Below, in pieces: positions 42,920 to 55,500 of a stretch of DNA of 64,000 nucleotides (positions are counted from its first letter, which is position 1; every line of letters begins with the position of its first letter). This DNA is from Patescibacteria group bacterium (GTDB lineage Bacteria > Patescibacteriota > JACPGU01), in assembly GCA_022703645.1 (NCBI GenBank), contig JAKLDG010000001.1, positions 338,814 through 402,813 of the forward strand. Direction: 5' to 3'. The notes under the pieces were generated by a model. The model was not told the origin of the DNA and did not search any database. It saw nothing but the letters and a program-made list of their open reading frames with translations. The position numbers were made by a program, and so were the translations under genes.

Positions 42920-45001
42920 ATGATAATAAAAAAGAAAGTAAAAAATGAATTTTTCTTCGGATTTATTTCTGTTGCTGTTCTTGTTCTTTTTTTGGGAATG
43001 CTTTCCATGTTTGCCGCCAGTAATGTCGATACCACGGTTAATATAATTTCAGCTGCTCCGGCAATTACTTTTTTTACTGCGACGCCAACATCTGTGAATT
43101 CGGGGGATTCATCGCTATTAACATGGAATTCTACTAATACAACATCTTGCAATAGTAGTGATTTTGCAACAGGCGGCGCGATTAGCAACTTGATCGGTGT
43201 TCCAACTGGCGCGTTAACCACTGCAACTACCTTTACTATTACTTGTTCTGGTCCTGGAGGTCCTGACGCAACTAGTAGCGTTACGGTAACAATCTCCGCG
43301 GGTGGCGGACCATCTTATACTTCTACCCCCCCAACTCCAACTGTTCCAAAAATTACTTCTTTTATTGCGACGCCAGCTCTAGTTGATTCTGGCGGATCAT
43401 CCGTGCTTTCGTGGACTTCGCAGGATGCCACTTCTTGTAGCAGTCCTGATTTTTCAGTTGGATCAAGCTCAAATACAAACGGTTCTATTACATTAAATAA
43501 TATTACTTCAAATAAAATATTTAATCTAATTTGCACTGACGGAATCAGCTCAGACATGGCTAGCGTGGAGGTAAAGATTAATGTGGTTCCAATATTAATC
43601 GCAAATAAGACTTTGGTTGCCCCAGGTGATAGCATTTCTTTGAGCTGGACTGCGGCCGGGGCTGCAGTATGTACCGCTTCGGGAGTTGCTGGTTGGTCCG
43701 GTAGCAAATTTGTTCCAAGCGGAGCGCAAGATGTGGTTTTACCAAGTTCCCCGGGTATTTATGTTTATACACTAACTTGCGATGAAAGTTCAACTTTTGT
43801 AACGATAAACGTTGGATTGCCGCCGGTTTTTATCAGTTTTAATTCAAATAAAACTACTACTGCTCCCAGTGATACCGCATCACTCGCTTGGGATGTAACC
43901 GGAGCTGACACCTGCGAGGCTTCCGGAGCATCTGATTGGAGCGGAAACAAATCTTTATCTGGTACAAGTAGTATAACTTTACCAGACACTATTGGGTTTT
44001 TCTCATATAAATTAAGCTGTTCAAATGTATTTGGCTCTATCAGCCGTACGATCAATATCAATGTTTCAACTGCTGAAAAACCTCCAATTGAAGAACAACC
44101 TCCAATGCCAATTACTAACCCAATAGAAGTTACTAAACCAACTGAAGAAACATTTGGCGGCGCAGGCGGCGGTATTGAAGTAACGATGACAACCGAAAAT
44201 CCTCAGATAGAAATTGGGGCATTGGGAACAACCAAAATATCCTGGACTTCCAAAGGAGCTGATAGCTGCAGCGCTTCGGGTGTTGACGGCTGGGCAGGAA
44301 ACAAGCCAGTTAATGGAAGTGAAACTGTTACAGTTCCGGCTGAAACCGGAATCTATACTTATGTATTGACTTGTGAAAATCAAAAAGGACAAAAAACAGT
44401 TGCTTATGCTAAGATTACCGTAACCGAACCAAATAAAATTGAGGGTTTTTTCAACATCATAGAATCAGAAATCATTCCGGAAGCAGCGGTAACGTCTGGT
44501 GAAGTTTTGCAATATGTTCCAACCCCATCTGAAATAATAGACAAGCTAGGCCTGACGGAAGCTTTTTTGATTTCTGGTCCGCCAAAAACATTTGCGCAGA
44601 ATGTTTTATCCACTATCATTGCCGCTTTGTTGTTGTTGATGGTCCTTTACTTATCGATTTTATACTATAAAAATTCCAAAAACTGGGGTTATATCTTTGA
44701 TGCAGATTCAGGTCGCGCCATATCGGACGCAAAAATTGAAATCCGCAAAGCGTCCAATGGCGAGATACTCCAAACGACTTTATCCGACCATAAAGGAAAG
44801 TTCAGATTTATTTTAAAGAATCTTAAAGATGGGGATTATATTGTTGCGGTTGAAAAAAGAGGGTATCTTTTTCCATCCAAAGTTTTTGGAAGAAAGACTA
44901 CAATACCAAAATTAGTCTATCTCGGAAGAAAAACTAAATTGATTATTAAAAAAGGATTTAAGATGAAAATTCCTATCGACCCAATATCAAAACAAATATG
45001 A
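42920..45001 (+). CDS. secreted multi-repeat surface protein (5-6 Cys-containing Ig-like repeats, Pro-rich linker, C-terminal TM + carboxypeptidase-regulatory-like beta-sandwich)
   Basis: repeats of ..SGDSSLLTWNSTNTTSC.. type; TM (IIAALLLLMVLYLSILYY) followed by NWGYIFDADSG...GDYIVAVEKRGY. Confidence 0.6.
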   Translation: MIIKKKVKNEFFFGFISVAVLVLFLGMLSMFAASNVDTTVNIISAAPAITFFTATPTSVNSGDSSLLTWNSTNTTSCNSSDFATGGAISNLIGVPTGALTTATTFTITCSGPGGPDATSSVTVTISAGGGPSYTSTPPTPTVPKITSFIATPALVDSGGSSVLSWTSQDATSCSSPDFSVGSSSNTNGSITLNNITSNKIFNLICTDGISSDMASVEVKINVVPILIANKTLVAPGDSISLSWTAAGAAVCTASGVAGWSGSKFVPSGAQDVVLPSSPGIYVYTLTCDESSTFVTINVGLPPVFISFNSNKTTTAPSDTASLAWDVTGADTCEASGASDWSGNKSLSGTSSITLPDTIGFFSYKLSCSNVFGSISRTININVSTAEKPPIEEQPPMPITNPIEVTKPTEETFGGAGGGIEVTMTTENPQIEIGALGTTKISWTSKGADSCSASGVDGWAGNKPVNGSETVTVPAETGIYTYVLTCENQKGQKTVAYAKITVTEPNKIEGFFNIIESEIIPEAAVTSGEVLQYVPTPSEIIDKLGLTEAFLISGPPKTFAQNVLSTIIAALLLLMVLYLSILYYKNSKNWGYIFDADSGRAISDAKIEIRKASNGEILQTTLSDHKGKFRFILKNLKDGDYIVAVEKRGYLFPSKVFGRKTTIPKLVYLGRKTKLIIKKGFKMKIPIDPISKQI

Positions 45002-46476
45002 AAAAAACAACGTTTAAAAAAATAGCCTACTTATTTTTGTCCACATTGATTTTTTGCGCTCTGATGACGCCTTTTAGCAGCTATGCGGCTGATTTGGCCA
45101 AAAAAAGCGGCAACAATTTTGGTATTACAAGAATTTCTATCGCGGATACTGATTATCCTTTAACTATTTCTATTTCTTCGGATAAAAATATAGTATTTAA
45201 TAATGGTTTAGACATAGCAAATTTAAAAGTTAGAATCGCAAATAGTAAAAAACAAGGCATTTCTGGAATTAATATTAAATTCAGTTCAGGCGGTAGGGAT
45301 ATAATTAATCCACCGGAAAATACCACAGACAATAATGGCATTGCATATTTCAAAGTCAGTTCTACCCAAGAGCATATCTCCAATTTTCAATTTAGCCTTA
45401 GAGACCCTACCAGCGGTGAGATTTATTCAAGTAATGTGGTAGCAATAAAGTTTTTGAGCCAAAGCCGCTTTAGTATGACCGTTAACTCTATCGCGGATTT
45501 CAAAAATAATACCGCCACAAAAGAGGCTGCTGCTTATGTTGTCGCTCCTGCGGCTACAGCTGTAATCGCCGTAAGCGCCTTTTCTCCAATTATTAATTTA
45601 TTAAGTTCTATTTTCCCATATTTGAATTACCTATTTAACGTAATATTACAGTTTTTTGGTATCAGAAGAAAACAAAAACCTTGGGGAATACTTTATGACA
45701 GCATGACAAAAGAGCCGATTGATCTTGGCACTGTCAGATTATTTGACGCAAAAACAAAAAATATCGTTCAAACCGCAACAACCGATAAGTCCGGAAGGTT
45801 TGGTTTTCCACCTTTATCAGGCAAATACTATTTAACAGCTGCTAAATACCAGTTTGGGTTTCCTTCAAAATTACTAAAAGGAGCGGTAGTTGACGGTAAA
45901 TATCACGGTTTATATTTCGGAGATAAGTTTAATTTAAAAAAGAATCAAAAACTTACTATTTCTGTACCAATTGACTTAGCAACCGCGGTAACTGCTCGGT
46001 TAAGATTGATAGACAGACTAAAAGCATTTTCAGAAAAGATATCGCGTCCTTTTTTGGTGGTAAGTCTGATGGTCACGTTGGTTATGCTTTGGATAAATAC
46101 AACCCTATATAATGAAATATTGATCATACTATATATATTGATGATTCTTACTATGAGGCGCATTCGCACATCAGCCATTATTCCATGGGGTATTATTTAT
46201 GATTCAAAGACTAAAAAACCGCTCAAGAGTATGCCGATTAAAGTATTTGATAAAAAATACAATAAATTGTTGGAAACGCGCGTCAGCGATGAAGCTGGCA
46301 GATTTACTTTCATATTACCGAAAGGGGAGTATTATTTCAAAATTGCTGATTTTCATTATCAGATAGATTTAAAAGCAAAAGAGTTAGGCGGCAATAAAAA
46401 CTATCATGGCGAGATTTTCAAGGTAGAAGAGAATGAGGTTTTAAGGTTTAATATTCCATTAAAAAGTTTAAAATAG
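44998..46476 (+). CDS. surface protein: signal peptide, Big_1-like Ig domain, then two TM/basic/WGI(L/I)YDS/carboxypeptidase-regulatory-like modules
   Basis: TTDNNGIAYFKVSST (invasin-like Ig motif); repeated RRKQKPWGILYDS.. and RRIRTSAIIPWGIIYDS.. modules; 4-nt overlap with upstream gene. Confidence 0.55.
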   Translation: MKKTTFKKIAYLFLSTLIFCALMTPFSSYAADLAKKSGNNFGITRISIADTDYPLTISISSDKNIVFNNGLDIANLKVRIANSKKQGISGINIKFSSGGRDIINPPENTTDNNGIAYFKVSSTQEHISNFQFSLRDPTSGEIYSSNVVAIKFLSQSRFSMTVNSIADFKNNTATKEAAAYVVAPAATAVIAVSAFSPIINLLSSIFPYLNYLFNVILQFFGIRRKQKPWGILYDSMTKEPIDLGTVRLFDAKTKNIVQTATTDKSGRFGFPPLSGKYYLTAAKYQFGFPSKLLKGAVVDGKYHGLYFGDKFNLKKNQKLTISVPIDLATAVTARLRLIDRLKAFSEKISRPFLVVSLMVTLVMLWINTTLYNEILIILYILMILTMRRIRTSAIIPWGIIYDSKTKKPLKSMPIKVFDKKYNKLLETRVSDEAGRFTFILPKGEYYFKIADFHYQIDLKAKELGGNKNYHGEIFKVEENEVLRFNIPLKSLK

Positions 46477-46500
46477 CATGAGCAATAAAAACAAAAAAAT

Positions 46501-49500
46501 ATGATTGTGGTAAAGAAAAAGAAAATACCTTTAAGACCGTTTTTAATCCTCTTAGTGTTAATAGCTGGGTTTACTTTGAGTTTGGGTTTAAAACCAAATG
46601 AAAAAATAAAAGCGGCTTATTCTAATCCTTGCAAGACAGCTGGCACGTATGCTGGTTATGTAGTTGACGCGAATCTTAATGTTATTATTCCGGCTTACAA
46701 TAATGCTGTGTTTGGTGACACTTTCTATGATAGTACCAGCAAAGAAATTCATTGTAAAAGCATAACGATAGAAACGGGAGCGACTTTAGATATATCGCCA
46801 AAAACTACCGGTGCAAGTAAAACAGGCGGCACAAATTATAGAAGATTGGTTCTTGATGGTGATTTGAATATCGCAAGCGGTGGAACGCTAAATCTATATG
46901 GCGGCAATATATATAATACCGGCGGACTCAATGGCACTGGGATAACAAATGATGGAAAAGGATATGGTATGAATGTTATGGTTGGTGGAAATGTTTTGGT
47001 TGAATCCGGCGGATGGATATCAGCTGATGGCAAAGGGTATGAACATAGTAAGGGGCCGGGAGCAGGTGTGGCTGAACCCGGTTCACAAGGCGCTGCATAT
47101 GGTGGGGCTGGTCCGGATGGAACCAATTGTTATGGGAAATATTACGGTTCGGTTTCTGACCCGATAGAACTCGGCAGCGGCAGTAGTTTGGGAGTAGGAG
47201 GCGGAGTAGTTGATATAACTGCCGCGGGAACAATATTAATTCGCGGCGTAGGCAAAATTACGGCAAACAGCATTGGAGAGGGATCGGGCGGTTCAGTAAG
47301 ACTCAGCGCCAATACTATTAGTAGTACAATTGACGGCGTAAATATACCTTCTATTACAGCAAATGGCGGTAGTGGGTCTTATTACAGTGGCGGCGGCAGA
47401 ATCGCGCTTTTTTATAATTCATCAAATTTTGGCGGTGATATCAAAGCTATTGCTAACGCCTATGGAGGAGCTGGCACTGTATTCAAGAAAAAAAATATCG
47501 AGGCTTATGGTGATTTAATTATTACAAATAATTATCAGGATCATACCGATAACCCTCCGGACTATACTCCATATGCATATACAAAAATTGGCAAAACAAA
47601 AATCGATTCTGGCACATATAAGAATATCACAGTTAATAAAAGAGCAAACGCTATTATTGAATCTAGTAATATAGTAAACATCAATGGTGGTACTTTTGAA
47701 GTAAATAATTCCAAACTTGAAAATAAAGGCACTTTAGCTTCACAGACTTCCGCAGAAAAATTTCTGGCGAAAAATACCGCTCGGATACTTAATAGCGGTA
47801 CAGGGTTATTTAGCCTGTCCGCGAACTCAAACGCTATATTTGACGGCATAGACACTTATTTTGAGAACCAAAATAATATTATCCAAAATTTCGCCAATTT
47901 AACTATCTCTAACGGGGCTGTCATGAGCCATGCCGTCAATGATGCTACCGGTGTGACAAATTGTCTTAGGAATTCAATTGATAATCCAGTTGGCGGCGCG
48001 ATCCCTCCTTGCGAATATAAGGATTGGGGTGATGGCTATGGGAAACATTGGAATCAAAAATATACCTTAAGGATAAATGCCACAAGTGTTAATATTGATA
48101 ACAAAAGTTCGATAGATGTTTCACAAAAGGGATTTCAAACATTACCTGGAACATCAGGTTTTGGGCCGGGAGGGTCAAGTACGGCTTACTCAATCGGTGG
48201 TTACGCGGGAGGTTCTTATGGTGGCAGAGGTGGTAACGATAATACTGGGGGAGTAAGCGCAGATATTTATGGCGACTCGGATGGAGACCTGAATAATCCA
48301 AATGATCTGGGAAGCAGCGGTGATACCGGCTATACTGCCGGAGGATTAGTAAGAATAACAGTTTTGGGCGATATTGTTAATAATGGCTCTATATTATCAA
48401 ATTCAGGTACGGTTTCAAATGGTTTTGCCGGTGGGTCAGGAGGAGGCATAAGATTGGATGCAGACCGGATTCTCGGAGCTGGAAAAATTTCTGCCAACGG
48501 CATGCCCGGAACGATAGATCTTGCGAAAGGCGGCGGAGGAGGCGGAAGGATCGCGATCACATACAAAACCACAAAAGATTTTTATGGTCCAATTACCGCT
48601 TATGGAGGGTCTACTGATGGGGGACCCGGTACGATACTTTTTGCAAACAATAGCTCGGGAGCCTTAATTGATAAAGAACTTGTTATTTCTAATTCAGTTT
48701 TAAACGACAATCCAACCAAAATAGGAGGCGGTACGTATAAAAATATTACCGTAAAGAATACCTCGCCAACTCTTACTGACCTGACTTTAGCCGCAATCGT
48801 TTCTGGACAATCCGTTGTCATGCAAGATGGTGGGAATTTTGAAGTTAACCAAACTAATTTAACTAATAGCGGAACTATTTCTTTATTAGCCGGAACGTCA
48901 AATTTAGTTATAAAGGGAAAATCAAATTTTATTAATATCGGACCTACCGCCTCTCCTGGCATTAACGCGAATAGTACTTCTAAAGTTATTTTGGACAATG
49001 CCAATTTTGAAAATAAGAATAATATTGAACAGAATTTTGGCAATCTTTATATCCAGAATGGAGCAATATTAACGCATACTCAAAATGATTACTTAACGGT
49101 AAATTGCGTGAATACTTCCTGTACCAACCAAGACCTGGGTGATGGCAATGGAATGCATTACAATCAGGCTTATACATTAAGAATACATGCAAACAATGCT
49201 TTAATTGATAAATTTAGCGCTATTAATGTTGATGGCAAGGGCTATGACATGGGTAGAGGACCGGGTAATAATGGGTCTGCTAATTCTGCCGGAAGTTATG
49301 GCGGAGCTGCGTCAAGCGGCGACAGTACCTATGGTTTAGCGGATAACCCTAATGATTTGGGCAGTGGAGGTTATTCCGGTAGTTATGGTGATAATACCGG
49401 CGGCGGTTTAGTAAGAGTTAGGGCAGACGGTAATATAACAGTTGATGGCTTTATTTCTTCGGATACAACATCTGCCGGATCTTTTGACGGCGCTTCAGGA

Positions 49501-52500
49501 GGCGGTATAAAATTAATAGCAAATAGTATTCTTGGCTCCGGTTCTATTTCCGCTAGTTCTAATTTGACAAGCGGGAATATTGGCGGAGGTGGCAGAATAT
49601 CTCTCATAGCTACGCAAAAAAATTACAGCGGCACCGTCTCTGTGAATAGAGGTGGAACTGGAGCGAATTACGGTACTATTTATGATTCTCTGGCTATCCC
49701 TACGACTTATGGTCCGAGCGCAACACCATTAACTTATAATACAAAATTAAGTAATAATACTCCATATATAAAAGCCGATAGTTCAGCAACAACGATAGGT
49801 GTTGATGAAGGCAATGCAGTTAGCACTGGATATACTCCAGATTCTGATACCTCACTTCTTTTGAAAATGGATAACTGGGGAGATGGTCTTATTTATGATT
49901 CTTCCGCAAAATCAATACCTGTTATTAAATATGGCACAACTTCCTTCTCTGATACTGTTTTGAAAACTGGAACGCATTCACTATTATTTAATGGTTCCAC
50001 AGGTCGTTTAATACCTGATGGTACTTTTACATCAAATTTCCAGTATGGCACCGGAGCTTTTACTATTGATACTTGGATTTATCCAAAATCTGTTACGACA
50101 CTTCAAACAATTTATTCTCAAAAAAATAGCGCGACACCAACAACTAATGCATCATCATTACAAATTACTACTACCGGTCAGCTAAAATATACTGAAAATG
50201 GAGTTTCTATTATTTCTCCTGTCAGTACTATAAAACTAGGCAGTGATGTCGGATGGCAACATGTTGCTTTAGTTAGAGATAATTTAGGGGTTGAAAGATT
50301 ATTTTATAATGGTTCCGTAGTAGGAACACAGTCGTCTACATACTCCAAATTCAGCGATGTCGGTATCGGATGTTTATACCAGTCTACTAATACATTATTT
50401 TATAATGGCTATATGGATGAGTTCCGTATCAGTAAAGGAGTGGCGCGCTGGACCTCTGATTTTATTCCATTATCTGATGATGGCAACTGGGAAAAATTAA
50501 ATTTGAGAGCAACAAGGACTAACCCTAGCTCCGATACTAAGCTTTTGCTTCATCTCGATGGAACAAATGGATCAACTACCTATACTGACAGTTCTCCTTC
50601 AAACCATACAATATTGCGTTACAACACACCAACAATTTCCACTAACACTAGTAAATTTGGCGGCGCGTCAGGCGCTTTCCCGAGAGTAACCTCTCCATAC
50701 TTTGATTATATTTATGCTAATGATAATGTTAATGATTGGACTTTTGGCGCGGGTGATTTTACGATAGATTTTTGGGCTAACTTTTCAGATAATGTCAGGC
50801 AAGGTGTTCTTGCCATCGGCTCCGGCGCTTATGCTCCAATTGCTTTTGAAGTAGTAAGCAACAATCTTAACGTCTACATGACTAGTAATGGTAGCAGTTG
50901 GGATATCGCTAGCGGTCAACCAGTTGGCCAAACATTTGGTCCGGTAACACCAGGCGTTTGGGTACATTATGCGCTAACAAGGAATGGAAATACTTTTTAT
51001 CTTTTTGTTAATGGTACTACTGTAAACTCTTTTATGTCATCATTAAGTTTATGGAATAATAGCGGCGCTTTATATATAGGGCAATATTTTGGGTCTGTTA
51101 CAGCCTTTAAGGGCTATCTGGATGAATTTAGAATTATAAAGGGAAGAGCGGCTTGGAGTAATAATTTTACTCCTTCTACAACTCCCTATGAAATTTATGA
51201 TGACCCGTCTTTCAATGGAACGGTAGATATTGGCATAATAGATAATCTTGCAGGTGAATATGTTTTTTCCGGCTGCAACGGAGCGAACTGTACTTTTTCA
51301 GATTCAAAAGTTACAGCGAGATTCATAAATGGTATTGCTAATTTAGCAGTAAAAGTAAAAGACAAAAGAGATGGGCAGATAAAGCATCACGGTTTTTCAG
51401 GGCTAAAAATTAACTCCGTTTCAAATGTATCTTATATAAATAATAATCAAATAACCGGAGCTATCGAAATTCAAGATAGAACCCCAGAAAGATCAATACC
51501 ATCAGGTCCTGCCCCCGCAGGAAGTATTACTAAAGGAACTGCTGGCGCTACTATTTTTCCAATGGGAGCCGGTTTTAGTATTATAAATAATTCCAAAGGA
51601 ACCAGTCAGAGCCAACAAGATTTGGGTGGTAATTTAGTGGTTCGAGGTCCATTAGCATCCGCGCCATATCGTCTTTACCTTGATAAAAACATAATGTATA
51701 AAAGAGGTGATTATTTGAATAGCGACGGAACTATTAGCAGCGTGGCAACAGATTATCAAGTGGTTTGTGTTAATACAGCGGACTATACCCAAACAAAAAT
51801 AAGATGTAATGATGATCTGAGCACCAGCGCTATTCCATCAGGATTGCGAAATTATGGTATATATACATTTAATAAAACTTATAATTTCTATACCCAGAAC
51901 GAAACCTCTAATTATTCAGCGCCTTCAATATCTCAAGTTCTTATACCAGCTAGCAACCCAACTGTGCCTGTTATTTCTCCTTTAACAATAACTCCGACTA
52001 ACGGAAAATTAAATCTCAGCTGGAATAATCCAATTGATAATATCGGGCAAACAAAAACTTTGATCGTTAGAGGTATCGATAGTATTCCTACTTTCGTTCC
52101 AAGTGATGGGACGGATTATAATACCTGGTCAAATACTACTGTAACCGGAGAAGAGATGATCTATGACAGCACTAATGTCGGGGCGGGAAGTGAAGTAAAA
52201 AACTTTGACGATGCCAATGTATTTTTTGGAACCAGATACTGCTATACAATCTATGCTCAATATATTGGTTATATTTATTCGGTAGGGACTTCTGCTTGCA
52301 GCACTCTAACATCAATTATTGATCCGCCAGTCAACCCAACTATCACGATTCAAGGAATGATGATAAATATCGGATGGACAGCGCCACCTTCCGGCAATCC
52401 TGATAATTACCTGATTGTTAGAAAAAAAGGCACAACAGAACCAAACTGGAATCCAACCGGGGAAACTGCTGACTATAATATTGGTGATACGGTTGGCGAT

Positions 52501-55500
52501 GGTGTTGTTGTCTGTAAAGGATTTTCATGCACTGATCAAAATGTAAATGTAAATACTTTGCCAACCCAGTATTATTATAAAATTTATGCTCAGTATGGAA
52601 CCGCGGCTCCCTTCAGTTATTCTGTCGGTTCAACGGCAGTAAGCGGAAATCCTAACCCGGAAAACCCCCAAAAGTTTGATAATACCAATGAAGCAACACC
52701 AAGTGTAACACTGGACAATCTATCAGGACCTTACACGCCTCTTAATACATTTAAGATTGCAAATTATCTTGTCTGGAAAGCAACAACTCCGGCTGATTGC
52801 TCAGGGGCTTGGACGCCAACCAATGGAGCTGACTATTCAGGAGTGCAAGGAACTGGAAATATCATTTACAAAAACCCAGCAGCGCCAATATCATATATTG
52901 ATACTGCAGTTACAAATGGCGTTGGTTATTGTTACAAAATCTTTGTCCAATATAATGGTGAAACAATCAATACTACTGATCTAATGTATTCTTCTGGATT
53001 AAGTCTTTGGACTCAACCGCCAAATCATAATCCAACAATTAGCGTAAATAGCATCACCCAAACGATCGGCACGGATAATGTGGTAATTAACTTTAATGTA
53101 AATGATATTGATCCATCTGATAATGGCAAGCTTTCTGTTGGCTTTGCTGTTACAAATCCGGTTTCAGGATGCAGTATTAGCACTTTAACCGGACCAATAA
53201 CTAACCTCGGTGTCGGAGCTCATAGCGTTACTTGGACCGCCACTACCACTAATGGAACCGCGGGGGATTGTCCAGGCGTAGAAATGTTAGCCGGTTCTGC
53301 TCAACTGACAGCCACTGTTTCCGATTTTATCGGAGCCACCGGTACCGCTAGTCCAACTTTCTCTCTTGACACCAAAGCTCCCATTGCAAGTTCCAGCCTT
53401 ATTTTGTCCTCCAAAAACAGCAACTCCATTACTGTCGCTACCGGAGCTACCGGGGCTACTGATGGAAACATAAAAACTACCGCTGCCTATAAAGTCTATT
53501 ACAAGCAAGGATCAACGGTAGACGAAGTAAGCGGTACGCAAATACTACCAAATATTAATAGTTATGTTGCGGGACAGATATTTACTGCTTCCTCGCTAAT
53601 AACTAACCAGCAATATTCATTTAATATCTGGGCTTATGATAACTATGGACATAAAACTGCTGCTACGGTATTAAATGTCAGCACAAAAGGAAAATCTGTT
53701 ACAGGATTTACAGCTATAGTTCAAGGTATGAGAGTCCATCTGAGTTGGGACGCAATGCTGCCGGCGCCAGATAAGCATCTGGTTATTCGTAAGAAAGGAA
53801 CATCCGCGTCTACTTGGACGCCAACAGATGGTATTGGAATATATGCTGCTGGCAACACGGTAGATGCAGATACGATAGTAGTTTACCATGGCACAGGCGT
53901 CACTCTGGATGATGATGCAGTTGATGGAGCAGCCTATACCTATACTATCTTTGCCAACTATTCTGGAAATCTATATTCAGAGGGGGTTTCAGCTCCATCG
54001 ATAACACCGAATGCTCTGAACGCGTCGTTATCTGCTCCTGCCTATATACCAAATGGATCAAATTATGATATCGCACTCAACTGGGTAGCCCCCACACCAA
54101 GTTACAGTTTACAAAAATATGTAGTAGTTAGAGAAGTTGGGTCTCCTACTTGTTTAATCGAATGGACGCCAACCAAGGATAATAACTATAATGCATTAGA
54201 TCCAACCGGCTTTACTAATGAAGAAATTATCTATTCCGGAACCGGAACCACTACTACTGATAATATGGGAGGAACGGGAGTTTCTTCTGGTACAAATGTT
54301 TGCTATAAGATCTTTACTCAATATCTGGGAGATGATTTAGCGGTTCCAACAAACTTAGTTTATTCCGCTGGAATTGCCGCTACCTATGTACCGCCAAATC
54401 TGCCTCCAGAGATAGAGATTGGTTCAGTCACAGCGCTACAAACTACCGGAACTGAAAATATTGTTATAGCTTACCGTGTTAGAGATTCCGACTCAACCAA
54501 TTTGAATATTACATTTAGCATGATTGATCCGGGAGGCTCCACTTGCCAAATGAATTTAACTGATAATTTGGCGGGGATTGATGGCACTTACTATACTCAT
54601 ACCGCTACTTGGAATGCAGGGCTGGCAGGAGAGTGCCCGGGATTTGAAGTAACAAATGCTGTTATCCAAGTAACTGCCAGCGATAGTCTTAATTCTGTTT
54701 CGCAAAACTCCGCTCCATTTCTGCTTGATACTCTATCCCCAAGGCTTCCAACTCCAACTGTTTCTAACTTTAATTTAACTAATTTTTCATCAACAGGAGA
54801 TAAGATATTCTTCAATCTAGGATCTAATTCAACAACTGATACTAATGCGCTTAACTACAAGATATACTATGCTTCTGGGGGAAGTGTTGATGAAACAGGA
54901 ATACTCATAACAGGAGCTCCTATAGCATTTACTCCTGGAGCTGCATATTCGGTAACCGGATTAACACCGGGACAAAACTATACATTTAATATTTGGGCTT
55001 ATGATAAATATGGGCATAAAACTTCTGCGACTTCCGTAACATATTCAACTATTGTGCCTGCTCCGGCAAGCTTCTCTGTAACTCCGCATGGAATGAGATT
55101 ATCACTTACTTGGACGGCTCCTGTCGGTGGAACCCCAGACTATTATCTGATAGTTAGAAAAGCTAATTCAGATCCAATAATAGCTCCCGCTAATGGTTCT
55201 ACATACAACCTGGGGGATATTTTGAGCGGGGGAATGGTAGTCTACAATTCAACCGGGACAAGCCTTGACGATGATAATATTGATGACGGTCCTTACTATT
55301 ACCGAATTTATGCGCATTATTCAAATGGCAATTTCTCACCAGCCTTGGCTGGCAATGCGATTGCAGTGGCGGAAGGACCAAATACATTCAGCGCAACCTC
55401 AAGCCCAGCGCCAGTAGTCACATACATAGACACTCCACCAACAAATAATTTCAGTTTCGAGAACTATCTTATTTGGAAGAAAGAACAACCTAGCTGTACT

